Below, piece by piece: positions 38,448 through 49,853 of a DNA stretch of 64,000 bases. The notes below the pieces were generated by a model. The model ran no database searches and was not told where the DNA came from. It saw only the letters and a program-made list of their open reading frames with translations. The translations under genes were made by a program, and so were the position numbers. The stretch is from Podarcis cretensis (Eukaryota), in assembly GCA_951804945.1 (NCBI GenBank), contig OX638158.1, positions 42,904,001 through 42,968,000 on the forward strand. Direction: 5' to 3'. How positions within the stretch are numbered: the stretch's first letter is position 1; every line of letters starts with the position of its first letter.

Positions 38448-38488
<41 letters not shown>
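38277..38488. repeat. Two (ATT)n microsatellites (about 38277-38322 and 38450-38488)
   Basis: Seen directly. Confidence 0.9.
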
Positions 38489-38490
<2 letters not shown>

Positions 38491-39195
38491 AAACATGGAT
38501 ATATGCAGAAAAGGCTGGGACTCTATCATGGCACTGTATCAAAAGGGAATCACTGTTGAATAAAGTATCTAAACTGAATTTCCAGACAAAATTTGTAGCA
38601 TTTCAGTCCCATTGAAATCAATGGGGCAAGTTACCTATGACTTGTAAGTCCCAAATGATTTCAATAGAACTGAAAGATAAGGAAATCCATCTCAATCCAA
38701 ACACAGGAGACAGAGCCTGTCCAAGGTATTCTCTGGCCATGCATCTGGCTTGACCCATCAGCTGAGGAAAGGGAACCCACTCTGTAGCATGAGGATAAAT
38801 TTCCTTACCTCTCTTTTCTTATCTCTCTCTGTATTGTGATAGTGCAGAACACTATATGCGGATATGCAGTAAGGAGGGGAGGGAAATGTTATTTAAGGAC
38901 ATTTTTTTACTGCTGTATCAAATTTCCCCATTCAAACATTTTGGGGTTGAAACACGAGACTTCAAAAGGTGTGAAAAGTTGCTTGAAGAACTACTAGCAA
39001 TGTTTTGGTGTGGCTGTCAGCATCATTTTTTAGGGCTTGACTGAGATCCCAACCAATCATTAATATCAATGGGTGCCAGCTTGAATGATCCCCTTCTCCT
39101 CCTACTGCTTGCTGTTCAGGGGGTTCTCCAAACCTCACCCAAACCAAAAGGGGAATCTTTTATTGCAAGTATATCTTAAAACCTTTTAATATATA

Positions 39196-39631
39196 TGTCA
39201 GGGAACTGCCATCAGAGCCAGAGGCGGAGGGAAGGCTCCAGAGCTATGCTGGAGAGGGTCCCAGCAGGGAGAGAGGCAGCCCATCTGCTGGGGAAGGAAA
39301 TCAACGTAACACCAGGAGAGAAGGGGGGCAGATGGGGGAATCGGAGAAAAGGCTCCAGGACTCTTCACCGGAGACTAGTGGAAAGAGCACGGGTACTCCG
39401 CTGCCCACACCCTCCCTGCGTAGAAGACTTCCGCGCAGGGAGAGTAGGAGGAGACTTGGCGTCAAAGAACTTTTTTGCTGGAAGAAGTTTAAGAAACGCC
39501 CACTGACGGATTCTGCCAGCGACTGAGACAGCCACGAAGTGAAGGGCTGTCCAGACAGAAAGGGTTTGACCAGGCAACCAAGCCAATAGTGGCAGCAACT
39601 TACGCATGAGCAACCCCCTAGAACCATTACA
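39196..39631. mobile_element. Solo LTR (436 bp), probably Gypsy-like
   Basis: TGTCA...TTACA ends; ATATA on both sides; purine- and GC-rich relative to the flanks. Confidence 0.75.
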
Positions 39632-40714
39632 ATATATCAACTAAGAATGATTGGTAGAAAACAATCTGTGTCTCAAAGAAAACCACTTTCACTTCGGTTT
39701 CTGATACTGTTCTGTATGTAGCTGTGGAGAGACTGTAATTACAAGAATGGTGATGGATGAGTCACTCATTTGCCAAGCCTCATAAGACAGATCTATAATC
39801 ATTATATTTGAAGGGCCTTGTACAGACGTTCTTTGGATCTGCACACAGGGGATATTGCAAAAGCAGCCATAGGCTCATACTGGTTACATGAACATCAGCC
39901 TATGCACATAGCGATGAATCCTGTGATCTATAGACTAGAAAACAAGACATATGGATCACAAAGATGTTCAGACTATTATGTACATGTTGATGGGGAGGGG
40001 TGTTTCAGTGTGACCATGACTCTTCCTTGTATTTTAAACAGCCATTAAAATAAACAAAAACTCAAGAGTTGGAAAACAGTTGAATAATACATGAAAAACA
40101 CCAGCAATGGCAGAGCCATTTAAATCCATGTATTATTCAAAACAAAACAAAAAACAGTCACTGATTTTACAAATATAATGTTAAGATTTCAGGTTTTCTT
40201 ACACATTCCATAGGATAAACTACTTACCAAACTCCAATTTACATAATATCCAAATAAAAAACAAGCACGTATCAGGATATTATAATGATGTGCTGCATCA
40301 AACTGACAGAACCATGATTTACTTATTTTGCCTAACCCGTACTACAATTTAGAAACCCACTTATATAGAGGACGTAGTTTAGTTTGGAGGATGAGATATG
40401 GATGTTGGTCCAAGACTCCTGGGTCCCTTGAATGGCCACAACTAGAGAGGTGCACAACCTGTCACATTTTCCATTTATTTGTTCAATTGCATCAGATGCC
40501 CATAGAAAGTCCATGCATTGTCTTAAATATATTTCGGTTTTAGGAGCCTCACACTGCTCATCAGATGTTCATTAGTATGTGCATCCAAATACTGGAGCTT
40601 TCCACTTCTTTCAGTAGAATACATAACGAAACACAGAAGCCCTGGCTAGCTTATATATGCTAGAATTTGCTTCTTGAGCACATCCATTTCCCCTGTCAAA
40701 TAAATATTGAAGGT

Positions 40715-40751
40715 GTTTGTTTGTTTGTTTGTTTGTTTGTTTGTTTGTTTG
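40715..40751. repeat. (GTTT)n microsatellite
   Basis: Seen directly. Confidence 0.95.
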
Positions 40752-41252
40752 GAGCTGCAAGTATTTGTAACCTTACATACCCATAGGAACTGATGGTAAT
40801 TTCCCAGGTATAAACTAAATTACTCCAGAATAAATATAACAAAAAATGTCCCAGATATGAAGAGTGGTGGGCTTTGGGCTCTCAAATTTCAGCAGCACCC
40901 TGTGCAACACTAAAATTCGCTCCGCTCTGTTCTGCAGCATTGATGCGGTGCTGCCTGCAGAATGGTACTCTGTGTGGCTGCACCGGTTGAAGTACCCTAT
41001 AACTGCCTCTGATGAAAGCCCCCAATGGAATCATCTGTTCTACTGAGCATAAAGACATTGGAAGTACCGTAGAGCTACAAGGGACACTGTCAAAAAGCAT
41101 TTCCAGTTATTTTACTTTTCCCTCCTCTCCTTCCTCCCCTACCCTCTTACATTGTTGGTTTTGATTTGAGGATATATTTCGAAAGCCATGCTTCTGGCTG
41201 CTTCCATTTGTTATGACCCTTATCGAAATACTTCTCTCCATGGCAAACTCAC

Positions 41253-41741
41253 CTTTCTGAAAGGGTAGATCTCACACTTCCAGTTCTCATGAGCAGGCTC
41301 TGAACCTCTTGAGTGCTTGTAGTCAATCCAGACAGGGAGCCATGGTGGCTGAGAGGGAGGTCAATAGATTCAGAGCTTGTGTGGAGGCTAGTCATTGACT
41401 GGTAACTTGGTGTGTCCTTACTGCCAGCAGAGGAACTACTCAGGTTTGCAGCCCACACGAGACCGCCTGACGTGAAAGAGTGGGCTGACGCCGGGCTAGA
41501 AGCCAAGGAGTGACTTAAACTTACAACATCTGTATTCAAGTCCGAGGGTTTGCTGAAGAGAGGGCTGCTGCTGCCACTCTGCCCACCTGCACTGCCCATG
41601 CTACCTGTACCTGAGGATGGAGATTCCAGGCTGCCTTGTCGAGCTAACGTGGTACTAGGGCTGGGCATTGCAGATGTGGATTTGGCACCTTCTGTATTTG
41701 GTGCAGGGGCAGTTTTGCCACTTGCTTTGGCACCAAACAAC
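41253..41741 (-). CDS. NAV3: NAV3 coding exon (489 nt): LFGAKASGKTAPAPN...LLMRTGSVRSTLSE(S)
   Basis: Lies within ORF 41249..41914. Acceptor cctgtag|G, donor AG|gtgagt; phase 2 to 2. Confidence 0.97.
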
Positions 41742-43814
41742 CTACAGGAAAAAACAAACGAAACAAACAGAAGTGTTATTCGGAAAAGCCAAAGTTTCAC
41801 GTAATAATGCTTTGAAAGCCAAGGCACAGGAATAATGAAAACAGCTAGTATAAGGCCCTTCTCTCTCCCCCCCAGTTGCTTCTCACAATCAAATCCGCTT
41901 AAGCCCTTGGACATACTTTATTTTACTGTTTCAAAAGCATTAATTCCAAGATTTGTCTTTTGAAAAGAAACAGACCTTCCCAGGGAGATGAAAAGCACAA
42001 CAGCCCTGTGTGATGAGATTGCGTAAAAAGATTAAACTTTCACCCAAATCCAGTGGTTAGCACAAAATCTTCAGTAGTTAAGACATTTGTTTTTAAATTA
42101 GCACAGCATGGTCTGGACAGCCTTGTAAATAGTTAGACCCCCCCCCCCCATTTCAAAATCTTTTTTTATTTTTAAAGAAGTAATTATACTTATATAACAT
42201 GCAAGATGCTAATTTGAGGTCTGTTCCCTATCCGCATATGTGTGAAAATATTTTGCAATTGTGTGGGGGTGTGGAGAAATACTATTTTAAGTTTTGGATA
42301 TACCGTTAAGGGTATGACAATTTCTGTTTCTGTGAGGTCTGAAATATTCTACATCACCTTATGAAAAGGGTTTTCTAGAGTACTAAAAGGAAACAAGAAG
42401 CAACTGGCATAACGTCTATGATAAAAACCATAGCAACCAAAATAGCACATTTGATAACTCGTATGCAAAAGCATTGTGCTGGCAATTGGCCACAAGAGGG
42501 CAGCATTGACTTTGTTTCAGCAAAGAAATAGGCTTGGATTCCTAAGAAAGATTTATGGTTTGATGTATATTGCAAAGTTGCTAAGATCAGTAAATGCTGA
42601 TGTTCAGATGCCACCAGCAGTGTAAAATAGAATGATGGATTTTATTTTGACCCCCTCCCATCTGAGTTCCTACTGAAAATCCTGTTACAATATTAGAAGA
42701 TCCAAAACCAATGGGCTGTATTCAAACCAGCTTTAACTCAGTGTAGACCCATTGAAATCGATGGCCTAGTAGGCCCATTCATTAAATTGTGTCTATTCTG
42801 AGTAAAAGTTAGCTGACTACAACCCAGAACGTTTTTAAAACAATTTGCAGAATATATAGTTAATGAAATTCAGTTTCCTCATCTGAATCCATTAGCTATC
42901 CAGGAAAAATTACAATGAGAAAATACAATCAGAAAAATTACAGTCAGATAGAGTGACATTTATTCCTTAATAATCCCTCACCAGGAAAGCCTTTCAGTTT
43001 GTTAAGGGAATACCAAGCTGTTTCCAATATGCCCTTCTCGGTCACTACCTATAACAATCACATTGTTTCAGTTCCTCCAGGTTCCACTTCCAGCCCTATG
43101 TATGTGGGTGCTATTTGTGGCTGGATGGGAAAACTGCATTTGCAAACAGTTGCTACAGGCAAAACTTCCCAACCCCAGCTATGCTGTTGCACCCTGAGTT
43201 AGCCACCTGGAATAGCATCAATCTGCTGTTAATGACTGGATTTAGGCCCTGCCCCAATTATTTCCTCCCTGATGGACACTCTTCAGAGTCTCTAAAGAGG
43301 ACACAACCAGCATGCTGCTGTATGGAGCTTTAGAGAGAGGTACGCACACAGCATATAGCTTTATTGATTTTCAAATGATTTAGCGATCAAAGTTCATGGG
43401 TTGGAATGCCAATGGGGGTGGGAGGTGGTTCTCATCGGCTGCTTTTCACTTCACAGCCATGTGGTTCTCTCAGATGCCTACTTGAAAGGCACTGCACTTG
43501 TATTCCAGAACCTTCCTAGGGTTACTTTATGTGAGAAATAGATCTTCGCATTTCTATTGCAGAATCAGAACGGATACGTGTTCACTTATCTAAATATAAA
43601 ACATCACTTCTGAGAGCCGGAGGCGATTGCGGGAAGCAGAATATAAGTCTCTGTAGAATTCTCGGGAAGGAAACAGAATAAATAGTGGAATATGAGGCCA
43701 ATATTAATATCAGTTGCTTAAAAAAGAAAACTTGTTCAGTTCATACTTACAAATGAAAAAAAGGGGTCTCATCTGATTATAAGCAATGGAACTAGGTATC
43801 AACGTGGGGAGGAC

Positions 43815-43984
43815 AGAAAGTTGCCTTATACTGGTTCTGACCATCTAGCTCAATATTGTTTACACTGAATGGCAGCACTCCAGGATTTCTGGCAGGGTCC
43901 TCTCCCAGCACTACCTGGCGATGTTGGAGATTGAACCTGAGAGCTTCTGAATGGAAAGCAGATGTTCTACCACTGAGCTATGGC
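43815..43984 (-). mobile_element. tRNA-derived SINE (Squam3-like), decayed
   Basis: Minus strand reads GCCATAGCTCAGTGGTAGAACATCTGC..GGTTCAATC.. (A and B boxes) and ends GTATAAGGCAACTT. Confidence 0.72.
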
Positions 43985-44232
43985 ACTTTCCCTCACACAA
44001 AAACAAGCTGAGTCCAGACCCCCTGCTACACAGGTGGCAGATTGTAGGTTTGGAGAGAATGAACCTATGTTCAGCCTGTAAATACACTAAAATATTACAA
44101 ATGCCCCCAAGTCTTCAGTGATCTCATTCCAAAAGAAACCAGGCCTATGTGGCATGCTGTTCCTCTGGAACTTCTCGACTCTCTGGGGAGTGGGCTGAGC
44201 ATAACATTGCCATTTCACAGAAAACCCCTTAC

Positions 44233-44941
44233 CTTCTAAATGTGGGCGAGGCAATGTCTGGATATTTTGAACCTGGCTGCCTGAGGCCTGGTGTTCCACA
44301 GGCACTGGCTGAAGTTGGACTTGATTTTGGAGAGCTGGACAGCGACACACTCTCAGAATCAGAAACGGCCACTTTTTCCTTCTCTTTGTCTGTCTGGTTG
44401 ATGGTAACAGGGCTGGAGCGCCCTGAGCCAATCTTCGTAGGTTCTCTCAGTTTGTTGGTAGCGGCGGCCCCTGCAGACTTGCTGCTCACATTGGAGTCGA
44501 TGCTGCTGGTGCTTGACCTGTGTCCGCCTCTGCCAGGAATCCCACTTGTGCTTGACTTCGAAGGACGCGGCAAACTTCGGTATTGCAGGGTAGTTTTTGA
44601 GCTCACGTGCAGCACGCCGTCGTCTTGATTCTGTGAGCCATCTAGGCTGGTTTTCCTCCCTGCATTGGACTTCCCACCGATAGCTGCAGATTTGGGCATC
44701 TTCCCCAAGGTTGCGGATCCACTTGTTATGGTTGCACCGCTTGCAGAGATTATGGTTGAAGAGCCAACCCCAGCTTTCTTGAAACCAAAGGAACCGGTAG
44801 CTGTTGATCTGCCAATGCCCGAGGGTGGCTTTTTCCCCTCGTCGCCACTGCTTTTCCCTGCATCTGAAGGTGAGCGCTGGATAGAAGCTCCTTTGAGGGA
44901 AGTTTTTCCTTTTTCTGAAGCCTTTGCATCATCTGTTTTTC
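44233..44941 (-). CDS. NAV3: NAV3 coding exon (709 nt): (G)KTDDAKASEKGK...RQPGSKYPDIASPTFR(R), Ser/Gly/Lys-rich region
   Basis: Lies within ORF 44229..45008. Acceptor tgttag|GA, donor AG|gtaagg; phase 1 to 2. Confidence 0.97.
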
Positions 44942-45493
44942 CTAACAGAAAGCAGAGTTTTTGTAGTAATTCATATTTGCAGCAGTACATTTTCAGTAAT
45001 ATATGCAAATATGTAGAATGATAGTTTTGTTATGGTTTTTGTAAGAGAGAAGTGGTTTGGCCCCTGCTGCAATTCAGAATGAGAGGCGTGTAAAACTGCC
45101 AGGCAGAATTCCACCATGCACTGTACTCATTTTGTCAATGGTCATAGATTGCTTGAGATATTCTGGTTGATTCACTGAACTACATCCCCCCCCCACCATA
45201 CCTCCCCATTATTAACATTAAATGGACCATAGATGTCTGCATACTTCACTCACCCATGTACAGCAATGAACTGATTCAGTTTTTAAACCCATATACACAA
45301 ATTCACAAGACCCTGTCAGGATGTTTGGAAGCAGTCAGAACCTATGGAGACCATTTCATCAGAGAGTTCAGTTAAACTCAGTTTAGGTGGAGTTCTGAAC
45401 TACTCACAGTGGCCAATCAGATGCCTATACCACCTTTCCCCTCAAATAATATACACTTGCTTTGAGCCAGAAATCATTTGCTATTAATATTGT

Positions 45494-45690
45494 AAGGTAA
45501 AGGTAAAGGACCCCGGACAGTTAAGTCCAGTCAAAGGCGACTATGGGGTAGCGGCACTCATCTCACTTTCAGGCTGAGGGAGCTGGCATTTGCCAACAGA
45601 CAGCTTTCTGGGTCATGTGGTCAGCATGACTAAACCGCTTCTGGCGCAATGGAACACCGTGACGGAAGCCAGAGCGCATGGAAACGCCGT
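45494..45690 (-). mobile_element. Sauria SINE 3' half
   Basis: (AAAGGT)n tail; body homologous to the 15905 copy. Confidence 0.82.
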
Positions 45691-46437
45691 ATAAGGAAAA
45701 ACAGAATGGCGCTATTACTACTTGTGATCCGGACTTATAATTCACATGATGCAACCTAGAATTACAAGTATTCTGCTAAAAACCCTTGATGCTTTTCACT
45801 TGCACTGCTGTTCAGGTGTCACCTATTCTGTACTTCTGTACCTGATTTTTGCTTCCTAAGTACATAACGCTATATTTATTTTTGTTGAAATTGGCTCCGT
45901 TAGTTTTGGCCCAGAATGTATTAATGTGAAGTAAGAGCCGATCTGCTTTCTTTAATTGTATTGCATTGGTAAGTTGGAATCCTTCCTATGACTTGTTAAA
46001 TATAGTATGCTTGTAATTCCAAGCATTGTGAAACAAGCATACCGAATTATAATATATTCATCACCACTCACATTAAAATTCATTGTTATTGTCTATCCCG
46101 ACACATGCAACCATTATTAGCTGTTTGCAGTTAATAATAACACTTAGCTAAATTTGGTTGGCGTAGCCTTATAGCTTGTACTAAAAGCTGTTGGAAACAC
46201 CTCGGGCCTATTACTTAGGAATAATTGCAGGTTTCAGATGTGGCGTCCAACAAACTAAAATGTGTCTATTGATTTTCATTTCGTTCATCTATCAATTTTT
46301 AGTCACTCATTACTAACACAAACATGCATAGTGCTATTTTAAAGTAATCTTTCACAAAGGCCAAACCTTCCTTATTACATAGTGAAATACCAGCCCAACT
46401 CATACATCTCACGCTTAGCAATTACCTGAATAGCAAC

Positions 46438-46535
46438 TCTAATTCTCTCTAGAACTCTATAGCTGCCTCTTTCTACTCAAAAAGATTCTAATTCTCTCTA
46501 GAACTCTATAGCTGCCTCTTTCTACTCAAAAAGAT
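46438..46535. repeat. Perfect 49-bp tandem duplication
   Basis: TCTAATTCTCTCTAGAACTCTATAGCTGCCTCTTTCTACTCAAAAAGAT x2. Confidence 0.92.
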
Positions 46536-46653
46536 AAGACGTCATGTGGAAATTTCCCTAACCCATTCTCAGGGTCTTATGAATGAGAACAATAACTTGG
46601 AGCAATTTGCACAACCGACTGCAAGTTCAGTTTCTGATGATGCTCATTCCTAC

Positions 46654-46930
46654 CAGGCGTCTTGAGAGTGCTTGTTCCTGTTTTGTGCCTAGATGGCGCT
46701 GCTCCTACTTGTACAGTCATGCCTCTTCTCCAGGAGCCAGTCTGAGAGACAGACAGAGAGGTTTTCTGGCCCCCCTTCTCAGCATCTTCAAGCGCTCCAG
46801 AGGGATGGCCCTTCCATTTGCCACTGCCATCAATGTTGCTGTCAAAATCTTCCTCTGGTTTCTTCAGTTCCTCGCTGCTGCCCCACGGTTCGCCATCTGT
46901 TACTGAACGTTTCTCTGAATCAGTCTTCAG
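46654..46930 (-). CDS. NAV3: NAV3 coding exon (277 nt): LKTDSEKRSVTDGEPWGSSEELKKPEEDFD...QTGSWRRGMTVQVGAAPSRHKTGTSTLKTP(G)
   Basis: Acceptor catag|CTG, donor CCT G|gtagga; phase 0 to 1. Hand-translated, not in the ORF track. Contains the NAV-family GSWRRGM motif. Confidence 0.93.
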
Positions 46931-47308
46931 CTATGAGGAATTGATATCATGAAAATTACTCAGCAATTGTCTGACTTTTATTTTATTTCATTACGGCATG
47001 AGAGTGCAGGGATTAGGAGGAGAAAACAAAGATTCACTTTAACATCTTTCTTCCCTAGCTCCAAATGCTTAATAGTCTCTCTGAGAAGCTTTTCCCCACT
47101 AATTTTATGAACAACAACACTACTTATACTGCTGGCACTAATGGTGTCATTTCAGGGAGATGTCTCAAATGTTATTAGCTTGAAGCAACACTGGCTTGTA
47201 AATGTCAATTAATTTTTATTTAAATTTTTTTTAAAAAAAAAAACCCTATCCAAAAGAAGCAGTGTTTCTCTGAAGCTTCCATATCTGCCTGAATCCCCTT
47301 GATTAAAA

Positions 47309-47437
47309 CAGGCTTCCTCAACCTCGGCCCTCCAGATGTTTTTGGCCTACAACTCCCCTTGCTAGCAGGACCAGTGGTCAGGGATGATGGGAATTGTAGT
47401 CTCAAAACATCTTGAGGACCGAGGTTGAGGAAGCCTG
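47309..47437. mobile_element. Palindromic hAT MITE (same family as 19257)
   Basis: TIRs CAGGCTTCCTCAACCTCGG / CCGAGGTTGAGGAAGCCTG; TSD GATTAAAA / GATTAGAA. Confidence 0.87.
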
Positions 47438-48151
47438 GATTAGAACATCAACATTGCCTAAAAGACCCTAAGACAATGGCCCCCATAAAATGGAAAGCTA
47501 GAGAACATTAAAAATGAATAATCTCTTGCTCCAGATTTTTCCAGACTCCAACACCCAAATCTGGTCCAATGGACTTAGAATTACATAACGAGTTAACCTG
47601 GAATCTTATTAGCATAAGCCTATTAATGTTAATACCACTAAGTAAATGTATCTGGGTGTACTGCTGCAGCCTTCTACCCCTGAATGCTTCTGAATTTCTG
47701 ATTCAAAGCTGTTGCCTTCAGTATTTACATCCCAGAGGGCACAATGCAGACCATGCAGGCATAATCCTTGCATGGAGAGGATATCCTTAAGTGCCACCTT
47801 CCTCTACCTACAGGTGCGCATGGGCAGGTTGCACAACCAGCTGTTAGTTGGAATGGAGGATCAGATCTCCTACTCTACTCAGTTAAATTCACTCACGTGC
47901 CATAGAGGTTGGTGGTGCAAACAGGGGGGTCTGTCCAGCCTTCCCATTTCCCCCCAATAGCCTCTTGTACCATCTCCCCATGCGCCTATATGCACATATG
48001 GTGGGGTGAGAAGGTGGCAGGCTTCTGCTGAGTCTATGGGAATCTTCTGCATATGGATGCTGTGCCTATGGGAAACTGGGGCATCTACAGAGGATGTCCT
48101 TCGCACCGCATTCACTTACAATAGCCAGCTGATAATAATTTGCAACAATTG

Positions 48152-48786
48152 TGGAATTAGAACATTTGTGCAGGAGAGCAGGGGGAAAAAAGGGGGGAAA
48201 AAAGAGGAGAAGAGAGAACATCAAGAACAACAAGAAAAACAAGAACTGGACAAAGTTGGAAGATAGACCCTTTCTAAGATTGGACATTTGAAATTAAAGA
48301 TGATTAAAAGACGGTAAAGATTACTAAAAAGACGGCAAAGCGGACTGGTGAAGGATTATGGCTTAGATTATGGTTCAGATGTGGGAGCTCCAGGAGACAG
48401 TGGATTTGATGGACATTGGGAACGCAACCGGGAAAGGGGGGAGGGAAATTTGGAATCCAAAGGGTGTTAAATTATATTTTATTCTTTTTTTAATTCTTTT
48501 ATGTTAATCTGTATCTTATATTAAAGAGGGGAACTCGTGGAAGGGAACAGGTCGATTTTAGGGGATGGGAAAATATTTTTTAAATTGGGTTAATGATAAT
48601 AATTTTAAAATTTGGGGTAAGAATTTGTTGAATCTATTTGAAAGAATTGGAATACAAGAGGGGGTGGGGAGGGGGAAGTCCTGGAAAGATGATATTGAAA
48701 ATAAGGCCTTAAATTTGGATGTTTTTCTTTTTTTTTGTTATATTTGAAAATCTTTAATAAATATTATTAAAAAAAAATTTAAAAAA
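48152..48786 (+). mobile_element. L1-type retroposed insertion
   Basis: 12-bp TSD TTGCAACAATTG (48140-48151 and 48787-48798); AATAAA and A-rich tail; purine-rich body. Confidence 0.75.
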
Positions 48787-49714
48787 TTGCAACAATTGGT
48801 ATCAATTGTGGCCGTTACCAAATGCTGCTTATAACCAGGCCCATGTAGAGCTTGCCTGAGGCCTGGGGCGGGAGTCTTGTTAGAATAAAGTTATAAGCTC
48901 AAACCGATAAGGTGACTTCTTTCCATTGGCTTTAAAACAGGAACAATGAACAGGGTCTCTTTAGCTTGATTTCATGTTTATTTTTAAGAGCCTTGGGCTC
49001 ATGCGCCGAAAACAGAAAACAAGAAGCAGATTCAAATGTGTCAAAAGTTTGCAACATGCTTACCAAAGTTGTCAGTGCTGCAATAATTGGCTTGACTGAA
49101 ATGTGGCTTTCATTAGGGGCCAATAGACCAACATAGGGCATAATAGCTCTTTAAAATAGCTGGGCTGCGATCTGTATGGTGCTTGCATTTATAAAAGGGG
49201 TGTGATAATCTCGAATAGCATGACACTTTACCTTTAAACCACCCCCTCCTCATCAGAATAAAGTACAGAAGTTCCTAGAAATTTCAAGCTGTGAGCAATA
49301 GAAAATGTGATAGTGCCATTAAACTCCAGCAGAGTTTATGGCTCTCCACAGGCCCTTGATGAGGAAACAGGTCTTCCTCTTTGGTACACGAAGATACATG
49401 CACAGAAGTTGGCGCTTGTTTGTCTTTGTATTCAATTAACTGTTTCATTGTGGTTTGATGACGTCACTGTATCATCAGATTTGCATAATTATATCTGCAA
49501 ATTGTGCTGGGAGAAGCTTAGGAGGATTGTGGTTGTTGCAAACAAAGAAAAATAAACCACCCTGCAAAAATAAATAAAAAGGACATTTGGAAAAGGGGGG
49601 GAAATTGTGTGTGTGCAATAGTGAAATGGAAAAATAAGCAATAAAGCCCCTAAGCAGTGGCCTGGATTCATCAGGCTGCCAGTGCTAGACAGAGCAGAAA
49701 ATGTCAACACCTAC

Positions 49715-49853
49715 ATGGGTATGTGCATTCTTTCTTGAAGAGGCAGTAATATTGGAATAAGAGCTGACCGATGATGTTGTGTTCAGATCATCTGTGCTGA
49801 TGTTATCCAAAGTATCACTGAGGCCGCTGCTAACTGAACTGCTGTCATCCCAG
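49715..49853 (-). CDS. NAV3: NAV3 coding exon (139 nt): (S)WDDSSSVSSGLSDTLDNISTDDLNTTSSVSSYSNITASSRKNAHTH
   Basis: Acceptor cctgcag|C TGG (phase 2), donor CAT|gtaggt (phase 0). Peptide recognised as NAV3. Most 5' exon found in the window. Confidence 0.93.

Noticed and set aside
38600-38673. CCCATTGAAATCAATGGG palindromic hairpin (similar at about 42720-42820)
   Set aside because: Resembles a common old hairpin DNA-transposon relic of reptiles; no support for an RNA gene.
40888-40960. REST/RE1-like CAGCACC half site
   Set aside because: The GGACAG half site is missing.
43900-43984. tRNA-like sequence
   Set aside because: Decayed head of a tRNA-derived SINE, continuous with the SINE body.
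44149-45021. Plus-strand ORFs of 159 and 118 aa
   Set aside because: Antisense shadows of the large NAV3 exon.
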